This document shows positions 16,158 to 24,262 of a stretch of DNA of 32,000 nt, piece after piece. Numbering within the stretch: position 1 is the stretch's first letter; each line of letters opens with the position of its first letter. Source of the DNA: Planktothrix phage PaV-LD. The notes beneath the pieces were generated by a model. The model made no database searches and was not told the origin of the DNA. It saw only the letters and a program-made list of their open reading frames with translations. Location of the stretch: sequence record HQ683709.1; one strand, given 5' to 3'. Both the position numbers and the translations under genes were made by a program.

Positions 16158-16676
16158 TTAGCTCATGCTCAATATAAACGCCTCTTGTTCCTCAATGACT
16201 CGCCATTCCTGTCTATCTTCTTCGAGCCAATTGATAGTCGCGGCGTAGGACTTGTAAAACCTCTCCCGTTTTTCCTCTAGGGTGAGTTGCTCTTGACCAA
16301 AGGACAATCTAAACCAATCTTCTAATCCAGTGCGTGAAATAGCTCTCTGAATAGCGATCGCCTCTTTCTTCCCCCTCAATGCAGAAAAGAACATAAACGC
16401 ATCGAAGTCATCAAGGCTTATCGTTTCAGAGCGCACCGATCCACGTTCGATATTGAACTCTACAGGAATTGGGCTGTTAGTGTAACCCTCACCCAGTAAG
16501 GCTTTGAACTGTTTTTCTGATTTTTTGGGCAGTCTGCTCAAATAGTCTTGATGATGTCCTAATGCTAGACTTGCAGACGATTTTCCAACTCTAAACTCAC
16601 CGTCTGGCAATAAAAAGCCGTCAACCTCAACCGATGAACAAAACCGAACAGCCGCCCGTTGTGCTTTAATTGTCAT
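16158..16676 (-). CDS. hypothetical phage protein
   Basis: 172-aa ORF, ATG, preceded by AAGGAAAT. Confidence 0.65.
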   Translation of the reverse strand: MTIKAQRAAVRFCSSVEVDGFLLPDGEFRVGKSSASLALGHHQDYLSRLPKKSEKQFKALLGEGYTNSPIPVEFNIERGSVRSETISLDDFDAFMFFSALRGKKEAIAIQRAISRTGLEDWFRLSFGQEQLTLEEKRERFYKSYAATINWLEEDRQEWRVIEEQEAFILSMS

Positions 16677-16705
16677 TGTGACTATTTCCTTAACTAATGG
16701 TTACG

Positions 16706-16736
16706 GCTCCTGGGTGCGACTAACACCGCGAGGAGC
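16706..16736. other. strong intergenic hairpin
   Basis: GCTCCT-g-GGTG-cgactaa-CACC-gcg-AGGAGC; 30 nt upstream of the 16158..16676 start. Confidence 0.5.
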
Positions 16737-16782
16737 ATTTCTATTATTAATTATATCAATATTTTATTAGTTTGTCTGTTAA

Positions 16783-17160
16783 TTAAGCCACGTCAAACAA
16801 ACTTAATTGCTTAAATTCCGGTTGCTTTAGCTCCATAATTTCTAATTCCGTTTCTGAATATTCCCTTGGTTGGGAAATGCGATCGCAAGCTATGTCAAAA
16901 TATTCTTTTTCCTTTTCAATACAAATATAATTACGCCCCAATTCTTTGCAAGCCACAAAGGTATCCCAAACTTCTTGATTAACTTCTTGACTCAGGTTAG
17001 TTATTTGTTCTGCTGTCAGTTGACTACGATTACGAATTGATTCTAACTCAAGATATTCTAAAAATTGAGTTAATAACTCCAAATTTACCATCTCTCGATT
17101 AAATTTAATAATAATATCTTGATTTTCCAGACTAATACTGTAGAGACTTTGATTTGACAT
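16783..17160 (-). CDS. hypothetical protein
   Basis: 125-aa ORF with ATG. Confidence 0.65.
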   Translation of the reverse strand: MSNQSLYSISLENQDIIIKFNREMVNLELLTQFLEYLELESIRNRSQLTAEQITNLSQEVNQEVWDTFVACKELGRNYICIEKEKEYFDIACDRISQPREYSETELEIMELKQPEFKQLSLFDVA

Positions 17161-17246
17161 CAGTTTTATTCCAGCTAGACTTGATAAGATCTATTATAGA
17201 TTATAAAAGCCGTTATTGTGTAATTTTGAACGGGGTTTCTGAAGAC

Positions 17247-17267
17247 ATCTTTGTTAGGATGCAAAAG
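17247..17267 (+). repeat. 21-bp direct repeat, left copy flanking hicAB
   Basis: ATCTTTGTTAGGATGCAAAAG. Confidence 0.85.
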
Positions 17268-17317
17268 AAACCCTGTTTCTGGAGCGCGGGTGAGTTAGAC
17301 ACTTATCGCTATAATTA

Positions 17318-17536
17318 TTAAGCAGTTTGAAGCGTCATGGCTTGAGGGATAATTTCGCCTTCTGCTTGCCAAGCTTCCAAATACATTTCAATCACTTCTT
17401 CGCCGTTATAAATCGCTTCCTCACGAGTTTTTCCATGAGTGCAAGGCATGACAACTCGGTCGGCAAACTCTGGAATTGTGACAAGAAAAAGTTGATCTTC
17501 ATCAGACCATTGAATAATCATACTGTATTGATTCAT
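17318..17536 (-). CDS. hicB: HicB-family antitoxin
   Basis: MIIQWSDEDQLFLVTIPEFADRVVMPCTHGKTREEAIYNGEEVIEMYLEAW, HicB fold signature; downstream of hicA with 4-nt overlap. Confidence 0.88.
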   Translation of the reverse strand: MNQYSMIIQWSDEDQLFLVTIPEFADRVVMPCTHGKTREEAIYNGEEVIEMYLEAWQAEGEIIPQAMTLQTA

Positions 17537-17760
17537 GAGCTCTTATCCTCCTCATTGAGATATTCTAGTTCAGTCAGTAACTTTTCTAGTTGTTTTTCGA
17601 GGTAGAGTGGCACATCATCTCCATCCTTGCCGGGGATGGTTAGTGTTTTTCTCAGAAGAGGATGTCGCCAACGCTCATGACTACCCTTGCCACGTTTGGG
17701 CAAGTAAATAAATCCTTCACGCAAAAACTGAGCTTTCAACTCTCGAATCTTTCTGGGCAT
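17533..17760 (-). CDS. hicA: HicA-family mRNA interferase toxin
   Basis: IRELKAQFLREGFIYLPKRGKGSHERWRHP...LTIPGKDGDDVPLYLEKQLEKLL; GSH motif of HicA dsRBD-like toxins. Confidence 0.9.
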   Translation of the reverse strand: MPRKIRELKAQFLREGFIYLPKRGKGSHERWRHPLLRKTLTIPGKDGDDVPLYLEKQLEKLLTELEYLNEEDKSS

Positions 17761-17837
17761 GGATACTGTCTTGATATTCCATACTATTTTATCCCTTGCT
17801 GTTCGTTTTTGGATAAAAAACCTGGCTTCTTAACAAA

Positions 17838-17858
17838 ATCTTTGTTAGGATGCAAAAG
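17838..17858 (+). repeat. 21-bp direct repeat, right copy flanking hicAB
   Basis: ATCTTTGTTAGGATGCAAAAG, identical to 17247-17267; both copies are followed by a CCCT(G/A)TTTCTGG(A/G)GC segment. Confidence 0.85.
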
Positions 17859-17896
17859 TTATCGGAACAACCCTATTTCTGGGGCAATTTCAGTAT

Positions 17897-18469
17897 CTAC
17901 TTACCCCGACTATATTTAACAGCTAAACGTTCTTCAAAACTCATATAGGGGAGTTGATGTTCACTAAATCTAAACTGCTTTTCCAAGGTTAATCCTAGCT
18001 TTTCCATCACTCGAATTGAGCCTTTATTGGTCACTAATGCCCAAGCAGTAACTCGTTTTACTATCCATTCTGAAAACCCCTTATCTATGAGAATTTCACA
18101 GGCTTCGGTTGCATATCCTTTCCCCCAACTATTATAAATAAACCGATATCCTAACGCAATTTCATTGGGTTGTACTAGATTTAACGCAACGGCAAAAGGG
18201 TGATCAATTGCTGGGAAAAAATGTACCCATCCGATCAACTCTCCGGTTTCTTTTTCAACAACAGCCCACACCCCAAAATATGAATATCTGCTATAATATC
18301 TCATAAATCTCGGTAACGTTTGAGTCTGAATAACTTCTTTGGGTGTGGGATGTCCGCCATTAATATATTTCATCACCCTGGGATCGTTATCTAAATTCCA
18401 TAAAAAATCTGCATCCAGTTCAGTAAACTGCCTTAAAATTAACCGTTTCGTTTCTAAAAAAATATCCAT
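17897..18469 (-). CDS. GNAT-family N-acetyltransferase (RimJ/RimL type)
   Basis: ATG MDIFLETKRLILRQFTELDADFLWNLDNDPRVMKYI..., YNSWGKGYATEAC, ALVTNKGSIRVMEKLGL. Confidence 0.9.
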   Translation of the reverse strand: MDIFLETKRLILRQFTELDADFLWNLDNDPRVMKYINGGHPTPKEVIQTQTLPRFMRYYSRYSYFGVWAVVEKETGELIGWVHFFPAIDHPFAVALNLVQPNEIALGYRFIYNSWGKGYATEACEILIDKGFSEWIVKRVTAWALVTNKGSIRVMEKLGLTLEKQFRFSEHQLPYMSFEERLAVKYSRGK

Positions 18470-18484
18470 TTGTAGGTTAACTCC

Positions 18485-19240
18485 ATGCAAACTCAAATCC
18501 AAGATATTCAAGATTCCACAAAAACCAATACAGCCATCGCCATTCAAAATTTAGATCATTATTTTGGGAAAGGGCAATTGCAAAAACAGGTGTTATATGA
18601 TATTAACTTAGAAATTACCATCGGTGAAATTGTGATTATGACTGGCCCCTCTGGTTCAGGAAAAACCACATTATTAACCTTAATTGGGGCGTTACGTTCT
18701 GTACAGTCGGGAAGTTTAAATATATTAGGACGAGAACTCTTAGGTGCGCGTTCAGGAGACTTAGTTAAAGCTAGACGAAATACGGGTTATATTTTCCAAG
18801 CTCATAATTTACATGGTAGCTTAACGGCGTTACAAAATGTGCAAATGGGGTTGGAAGTTCAGGGTAAATTTTCCCGTACAGAAATCCAGCAAAAAGCCAC
18901 GGCAATGTTAGAAAAAGTTGGGTTAGGAAATCGCTTAAATTATTATCCTGATAATCTTTCGGGAGGACAAAAACAACGAGTTGCGATCGCCCGGGCATTA
19001 GTCAGTCATCCCCCCATTGTATTAGCCGATGAACCCACCGCCGCCCTAGATAGTCATTCGGGGAGAGATGTGGTTAATTTAATGCAAACCTTAGCCAAAG
19101 AACAGGGTTGTACCATCTTAATTGTTACCCATGATAACCGGATTTTAGATGTTGCGGATCGGATTATTAAAATGGAAGATGGCGCATTAGTAACTAATTC
19201 CGAACTGACACCCAATAATCAATTAAAATCAAACACTTAA
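18485..19240 (+). CDS. devA: ABC transporter ATP-binding protein, DevA-like (heterocyst/glycolipid exporter family)
   Basis: Walker A GPSGSGKTTLLTLIGAL, signature LSGGQKQRVAIARAL, Walker B IVLADEPTAALD, H-loop VTHD. Confidence 0.9.
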   Translation: MQTQIQDIQDSTKTNTAIAIQNLDHYFGKGQLQKQVLYDINLEITIGEIVIMTGPSGSGKTTLLTLIGALRSVQSGSLNILGRELLGARSGDLVKARRNTGYIFQAHNLHGSLTALQNVQMGLEVQGKFSRTEIQQKATAMLEKVGLGNRLNYYPDNLSGGQKQRVAIARALVSHPPIVLADEPTAALDSHSGRDVVNLMQTLAKEQGCTILIVTHDNRILDVADRIIKMEDGALVTNSELTPNNQLKSNT

Positions 19241-19295
19241 TGTGAATTAATTCAAGGACAGATCAGTTATAATCTAAAAAAATACCCAATTAACG

Positions 19296-19589
19296 ATGCA
19301 AACCCTAACAGATATTGGAACACTTATCGTGTCTACCCCCGGAACCTGTGGAGGTCGTCCTCGAATTGCCCAAACCCGGATTACCGTTCAATATATTATT
19401 AATGAAATTAAAGCCGGAATTACCCCTGAAGAAATTGTTCAAGACAAACCATTTTTAACCCTTGCCGGAGTTTTCAGTGCGCTGGCATATTATTATGCGA
19501 ATAAAGTCTTATTAGATACTCAATTTGCTGCCTATGATCAAGAATGTCGTCGCCTTGAAGCTGAATTTAAGGTAGGAAATCTATCGTGA
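19296..19589 (+). CDS. DUF433 antitoxin-like protein
   Basis: GTLIVSTPGTCGGRPRIAQTRITVQYIINEIKAGITPEEIVQDKPFLTLAGVFSALAYYYANK is the DUF433 pattern. Confidence 0.88.
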   Translation: MQTLTDIGTLIVSTPGTCGGRPRIAQTRITVQYIINEIKAGITPEEIVQDKPFLTLAGVFSALAYYYANKVLLDTQFAAYDQECRRLEAEFKVGNLS

Positions 19590-19957
19590 GTCGAATTCGC
19601 TTATACCTAGATGAAGACACCATTAAAGCTGCACTCATACAAGCCTTAAGAAGTGCAGATTTAGATGTTGTTACTGTTGCAGATGTTAATAGATTAGGTT
19701 ATTCTGATGAAGATCAACTCTTTTGGGCAATAGAACAGGGACGGATTATCTATAGCTTTAATATAGGAGATTTTTGTCATTTACACCGTGATTTTATGGT
19801 TCAAGAAATTAGCCATGCTGGAATTATCTTAGTTCCACAGCAAAAATATTCTATAGGACAGCAAGTTCAGGGATTACTCAAACTTGTTTCTCAATACTCA
19901 GCCGAGGATATGATCAATCAATTGCTATTTTTGAGTTATTATATTGAGCAGAAATGA
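19586..19957 (+). CDS. DUF5615 PIN-like toxin candidate
   Basis: GTG start overlapping the previous stop; LYLDEDTIKAALIQALRSADLDVVTVADVNRLGYSDEDQLFWAIEQGRIIYSFNIGDF. Confidence 0.85.
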   Translation: MSRIRLYLDEDTIKAALIQALRSADLDVVTVADVNRLGYSDEDQLFWAIEQGRIIYSFNIGDFCHLHRDFMVQEISHAGIILVPQQKYSIGQQVQGLLKLVSQYSAEDMINQLLFLSYYIEQK

Positions 19958-20001
19958 TTGATGTTTTTAACTGATAAAAAATACATAGACTAATTGTGAT
20001 C

Positions 20002-20017
20002 CTATCAATTATAATTG
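20002..20017. promoter_or_regulatory. palindrome upstream of the PP2C gene, candidate operator
   Basis: ATCAATTATAATTGAT, perfect 16-bp palindrome, 54 bp upstream of the ATG at 20071. Confidence 0.35.
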
Positions 20018-20070
20018 ATGAAAAATTGATTCTGATCGATTACAATAGGTAAAGTATCCAGCAGTTTTGC

Positions 20071-21201
20071 ATGGGGCAGCGTATGGTGGACAATAAAATC
20101 TATGCACCGATCCAACAAATAATTTGTAGATGGCTGCATTCTAGTAACAAATCTCAAGTTATTGAAGTAGAACAGGAGAAAGTTGTATTAGGAAGTGCGC
20201 TAGGTCGGCGTTCTGAGAATCAAGATCGTGTTCTATTTTGCCGAGTCAGATTTGAAGAGTCACGAAAACCTGCTTTCGCTGTTCTTGTACTCTGTGATGG
20301 AATGGGAGGTATGGTCAGTGGCGGGGACTGTGCAAATTTAGCAATCAGTACATTTGTTGCTTCTCTAGTCCATAGCAATACGCCTACACTCATTGAGAAG
20401 TTGGGTGTAGCTGTACGAGATGCAAACGAAAGTGTTTACGCAGCTTATAAAGGTAAAGGTGGATCTACGCTATCAGCGATAATTTGTGATCAAACCGATC
20501 AATGGGCAGCGATAAATGTAGGAGATAGCCGGATTTACCAAGTTTTGAACAATGGCCAAATGAAGCAACTTAGTACAGATGATACCTTGGAGAATCAACT
20601 AGCTGATCTAAACCTTCCTTCTCCTCCGCCAGAATTTAGGCAACTCCTACAATATATTGGTATGGGCAAAGGGATAGAATTAAGAGAAATCGAATTGAAA
20701 CCATCTTCAGACGTTAAGTGGATTGTAATCACATCAGATGGGGCTCATGATATCCCAAAAGATATTTTTCAATCTATAGTGGCTCATGCCAAAACTGCCA
20801 AAGATACTGTTACTCGTCTTATTTCTCTTTCAGAATGGCTGGGAGGTAGGGATAATTCTACAGTGGCAGTCTTACCCTATGACAAGAATTTGCTCTTACA
20901 TGAGGAAGAATGTAGCTTAGGTTCTCTTGAAATTTGGGGAATGCCTGGTAAAGTTGAGCTTTTTAGCGTTAAGATACTACCAGAAGCGTTTCAGCACAAC
21001 ACCTTAACAAAGTTTGAGCCAGAAACTATCCAACGTCAAGATGATGTTAAAAACCAGGAGAGTTTATCAGCCAAGAAACAACCCAAACGTAAAAAACAGA
21101 AAAATATAGAAACACCAGAACTGACCGATGAAGTTAGCGGTAGTTCTAATGTGGAAAAAACTGTTCCACAAGTAAACATAGAATTTTCTGAGGAGTTCTA
21201 A
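20071..21201 (+). CDS. PP2C-family serine/threonine phosphatase
   Basis: GRRSENQDRV, VLCDGMGGMVSGG, NVGDSRIYQV, ITSDGAHD, GGRDNSTVAVLPY motifs; charged C-terminal tail. Confidence 0.93.
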   Translation: MGQRMVDNKIYAPIQQIICRWLHSSNKSQVIEVEQEKVVLGSALGRRSENQDRVLFCRVRFEESRKPAFAVLVLCDGMGGMVSGGDCANLAISTFVASLVHSNTPTLIEKLGVAVRDANESVYAAYKGKGGSTLSAIICDQTDQWAAINVGDSRIYQVLNNGQMKQLSTDDTLENQLADLNLPSPPPEFRQLLQYIGMGKGIELREIELKPSSDVKWIVITSDGAHDIPKDIFQSIVAHAKTAKDTVTRLISLSEWLGGRDNSTVAVLPYDKNLLLHEEECSLGSLEIWGMPGKVELFSVKILPEAFQHNTLTKFEPETIQRQDDVKNQESLSAKKQPKRKKQKNIETPELTDEVSGSSNVEKTVPQVNIEFSEEF

Positions 21202-21206
21202 TTGTT

Positions 21207-22025
21207 ATGTGTTATAGGGTTCCAGACCGTTATGTCCAAACCGGAGAGAAATTGAGTGGAGGGATGGGAGATGTATTAATTTGCACTGATACATATCTTG
21301 ACCGACCTGTCGCTATCAAATTTATTCAAAATGTACAAGATGAAAACAGGCTTGTTGATGAACTCAATGCTCTGCAAAAACTTCGTTCAAAGCACGTTGT
21401 TCAGATTTTTGATGTTTTCATTGATCAACAAGATAATGATCGTATTGGTATAGTACAAGAGTATGTCTCAGGACAGGATTTATTAACTTTAATTAATCAA
21501 ACATCATTTTCACTAGATCAATATTTGAAGATTTTATATCAACTAGCTTCAGGAATTAGTGATATTCATGCACAGGGGGTTATTCATCGTGATATAAAAC
21601 CCAATAATATGAAGATTGATCAAGAAAATATTTTGAAGATATTTGATTTTGGCTTGGCTCGATTTACAGGAAAAAATGATTCAACTCAAGGATTTACAGG
21701 AACTCTTGGTTTTGCCGCACCAGAGTTATATCACGGGGATTATGTATCTTTCACACAGGCTGTAGATACCTATGCTTTTGGTGTAACGGCTTGGTTTTTA
21801 TCAAAAGAAAAAATTCCAGATTCATTATTAAAGATACCTCCAGATTTTACTACGTCTCTGCCCAGTTTTTCTTCTCTATCCTTAAATCTACCTGACCAAG
21901 TTTCTCAACTACTTGATTTGACGCTATCTGAAGATCCAAAAAATAGACCTGATATGTCAGATGTTAGGAATTTATTGGGAAAGTATCTTTTATTTGGAAA
22001 ACACAAAGCACTCATTGCATTTTAA
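21207..22025 (+). CDS. serine/threonine protein kinase
   Basis: VAIKF (Lys), IHRDIKPNNMKI, KIFDFGLARF (DFG), GTLGFAAPE, DTYAFGVTAW. Confidence 0.93.
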   Translation: MCYRVPDRYVQTGEKLSGGMGDVLICTDTYLDRPVAIKFIQNVQDENRLVDELNALQKLRSKHVVQIFDVFIDQQDNDRIGIVQEYVSGQDLLTLINQTSFSLDQYLKILYQLASGISDIHAQGVIHRDIKPNNMKIDQENILKIFDFGLARFTGKNDSTQGFTGTLGFAAPELYHGDYVSFTQAVDTYAFGVTAWFLSKEKIPDSLLKIPPDFTTSLPSFSSLSLNLPDQVSQLLDLTLSEDPKNRPDMSDVRNLLGKYLLFGKHKALIAF

Positions 22026-22057
22026 TATTATATTATAAACCCAATATCTTCACCAAT

Positions 22058-22090
22058 AAAAAACCCAACAATCAAAAAGATTCCTGGGTT
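22058..22090 (-). terminator. terminator for the minus-strand gene block
   Basis: Minus strand AACCCAGGAATCTTTTTGATTGTTGGGTTTTTTA. Confidence 0.5.
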
Positions 22091-22108
22091 AGTATCGTCC
22101 AATTTCAA

Positions 22109-22558
22109 TCAGTGTGCATCATTATTATAGCATCCTATTTCATCATTAACCATTGCTGAAACCAAAGGTTTTTTTTCTGGAAATAAATCTTTAATTGACT
22201 CTACAGCATCAACATAACACTGACCGAGATATGTTCCATTATCCGTAAAACTAGCGGGGGTATCGGCAACAGCCCACCATCCAGACCGACTCCTGAATTC
22301 GACATACCAATAACCATATTGGGTATTTTTTCCCGTTGTTTGGGATATTAAATTATTTAATTGTTCTGTTTTTGTTTGCATTCGCAATATCATTTCCTCT
22401 CTAATTTTCCCTTGAAGTTCCCAGATGTCTTTTTTTATAATGTCGTTCATCTGATTAGCTAATCTCATCTTATGCCCTGAATCCGTAACATCCTCGTATT
22501 CGCTTATTAACATTTGCAACGATTTAATATCCATGTCATCCCACCTCAAAAGTAACAA
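22109..22558 (-). CDS. hypothetical protein
   Basis: 149-aa ORF; QYGYWYVEFRSRSGWWAVADTPASF. Confidence 0.6.
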   Translation of the reverse strand: MLLLRWDDMDIKSLQMLISEYEDVTDSGHKMRLANQMNDIIKKDIWELQGKIREEMILRMQTKTEQLNNLISQTTGKNTQYGYWYVEFRSRSGWWAVADTPASFTDNGTYLGQCYVDAVESIKDLFPEKKPLVSAMVNDEIGCYNNDAH

Positions 22559-22751
22559 CGTTCCACTTTAATTCTACCTGTTCCCCAATCCATTTATCCA
22601 TACACGAATTAACAAAAACCTGATAATCTCCCCTAGAATTTAGCCAAAGTTTAGGGTATTTATCCTTCAATTCCTTAACCGTGAAAGTCTCCTCAGATGC
22701 CGTCACCTCCCTATTGAGTGCTATTAACTTAATTATAGTAGAATTTTTCAT
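22536..22751 (-). CDS. hypothetical small protein
   Basis: 71-aa ORF, overlaps the next gene start by 23 nt. Confidence 0.5.
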   Translation of the reverse strand: MKNSTIIKLIALNREVTASEETFTVKELKDKYPKLWLNSRGDYQVFVNSCMDKWIGEQVELKWNVVTFEVG

Positions 22752-22766
22752 AATAAAAAGGATTCT

Positions 22767-23171
22767 TTATTGGTCAGGATGGTGTTTAACACTTTTTTTA
22801 AACTTATTAATAACTGCAATAGCTTTTTTATATTCTAAATTCAACTTCTGATTTTTTTCTTGTAATTCAGCTATTTGATTACTAATACTTGAATTACTTT
22901 GCTCTTGTAATATGGTTAACTTTTCCTTTAGGTTAATATTCTCAGTTTCGATTTTGCGAAGATTATTTTCCCTGTATTCAATCTCCCTTTCAAGAGTCCT
23001 AACTTTCCCTTGAAGTTCCACAATTATTTTAGCGTTTTTAATATCAAAAATTCGATTAATAGCAATTCCGATTACGCTACTACCACTCAATAAAATACCA
23101 GTGAACCCCAGGACAGTTTGGACGGTTTGGTCTGGTGGTGTGGTTGTAGTAATCTGAAGAAAGGTCAACAT
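22767..23171 (-). CDS. membrane-anchored coiled-coil protein (spanin/holin-region candidate)
   Basis: N-terminal TM-like VLGFTGILLSGSSVIGIAI then a long charged coiled coil. Confidence 0.6.
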   Translation of the reverse strand: MLTFLQITTTTPPDQTVQTVLGFTGILLSGSSVIGIAINRIFDIKNAKIIVELQGKVRTLEREIEYRENNLRKIETENINLKEKLTILQEQSNSSISNQIAELQEKNQKLNLEYKKAIAVINKFKKSVKHHPDQ

Positions 23172-23172
23172 A

Positions 23173-23673
23173 TTAGGACTTATAGGTATACTTTATAGAT
23201 AACACAATTCCCACAAGAGTTGAGAAAAAATTCCCGCAAATTAAAGCAGAAATATTCCCGTTTTGTTCAATTCCTATGGCTCCAAAAAAACCGAGAACAA
23301 ACAACACTGAAAATATATGGCAGATATTCAACAGCAAATAGCAAGCCACCCAAACCGGAGAACTAACATAATGATTTTTTTTCAACTTATAGACAAATAT
23401 CCAACAAATCACACCACTAATTCCTACCCCCAACATCAAGGCGTTCAGGAAGTCTATGCTTTCGTTTACGAAATAAATAGAAGTTTTTGGCGGGGTAAAT
23501 ATCACCCCAAAAAACCCCAATAAAATCATCACCAAGAAATGATGATTAAAAAACAATGCTTGACCTAAATACTTAATCTTAAAAACTGGTTTGTTGTATC
23601 TCTCATATTCAATCAACGTCGGGAAAGTCTTGCTTTTTTCTCTTTCTTTCCTTAAGTTTTTTGTTCCGTTCAT
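23173..23673 (-). CDS. multi-pass membrane protein
   Basis: Several hydrophobic segments (FLVMILLGFFGVIFT, ALMLGVGISGVICWIFVY, VLFVLGFFGAIGI); exact start uncertain because the ORF overlaps the upstream gene. Confidence 0.55.
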   Translation of the reverse strand: MNGTKNLRKEREKSKTFPTLIEYERYNKPVFKIKYLGQALFFNHHFLVMILLGFFGVIFTPPKTSIYFVNESIDFLNALMLGVGISGVICWIFVYKLKKNHYVSSPVWVACYLLLNICHIFSVLFVLGFFGAIGIEQNGNISALICGNFFSTLVGIVLSIKYTYKS

Positions 23674-23944
23674 AATAGTGCTCCCACACCAAAAACAACG
23701 ATAGAAAACTGATAAAAACCTGAATAACTAAAGTCGAAACTTTGATATATCCAAATTTTTGATAGCCAAATTTGTTTAAACTATCAAATATCAGCATTAT
23801 ACCACTGTTAATCAATAGCGTTGAACTCAAGTATTTATTTAATTTTCTATCGTCAAAAAATAAGAAGATGCCATTAACAATAGAAATTAGTCCGGCAAAA
23901 AATAGCAAGAGAATATAGCCAGAATTGTCGATTGTTAATGGCAT
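23609..23944 (-). CDS. small multi-pass membrane protein (holin-like candidate)
   Basis: YILLLFFAGLISIVNGIFLFF, TLLINSGIMLIF, LVIQVFISFLSLFLVW, and a charged C-terminus. Confidence 0.55.
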   Translation of the reverse strand: MPLTIDNSGYILLLFFAGLISIVNGIFLFFDDRKLNKYLSSTLLINSGIMLIFDSLNKFGYQKFGYIKVSTLVIQVFISFLSLFLVWEHYYERNKKLKERKRKKQDFPDVD

Positions 23945-23957
23945 ATTGTTAATTGTA

Positions 23958-24260
23958 CTAACGGGTCTCTATAGATTCAAGTGCGACTAATTCCGCGTCT
24001 AATTTTTCTTGATATTCCTTCTCAAAGGCATCAATAAAAACAGGGACAAATGCCTCAATAGCATCATGTAGCACTGGATATTTAGCCAGTGGAATGCGAA
24101 TAATTCCGCTTTTATTTGTTGGGATTATATGACTCGTTTCGTGGTCAATCATCACAATCACATAACAAGCTTCAATAAACTCTCGATTGACAATTCCAGT
24201 TTGAGGATTTGCAGTTTCAAACTGTTGACGATAAACGATTCGATGTTCTTGGTAACTCAT
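23958..24260 (-). CDS. hypothetical protein downstream of tail fibre
   Basis: ATG at 24260 (MSYQEHRIVYRQQF) is the likely start; small tail-fibre-assembly position. Confidence 0.55.
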   Translation of the reverse strand: MSYQEHRIVYRQQFETANPQTGIVNREFIEACYVIVMIDHETSHIIPTNKSGIIRIPLAKYPVLHDAIEAFVPVFIDAFEKEYQEKLDAELVALESIETR

Positions 24261-24262
24261 TT

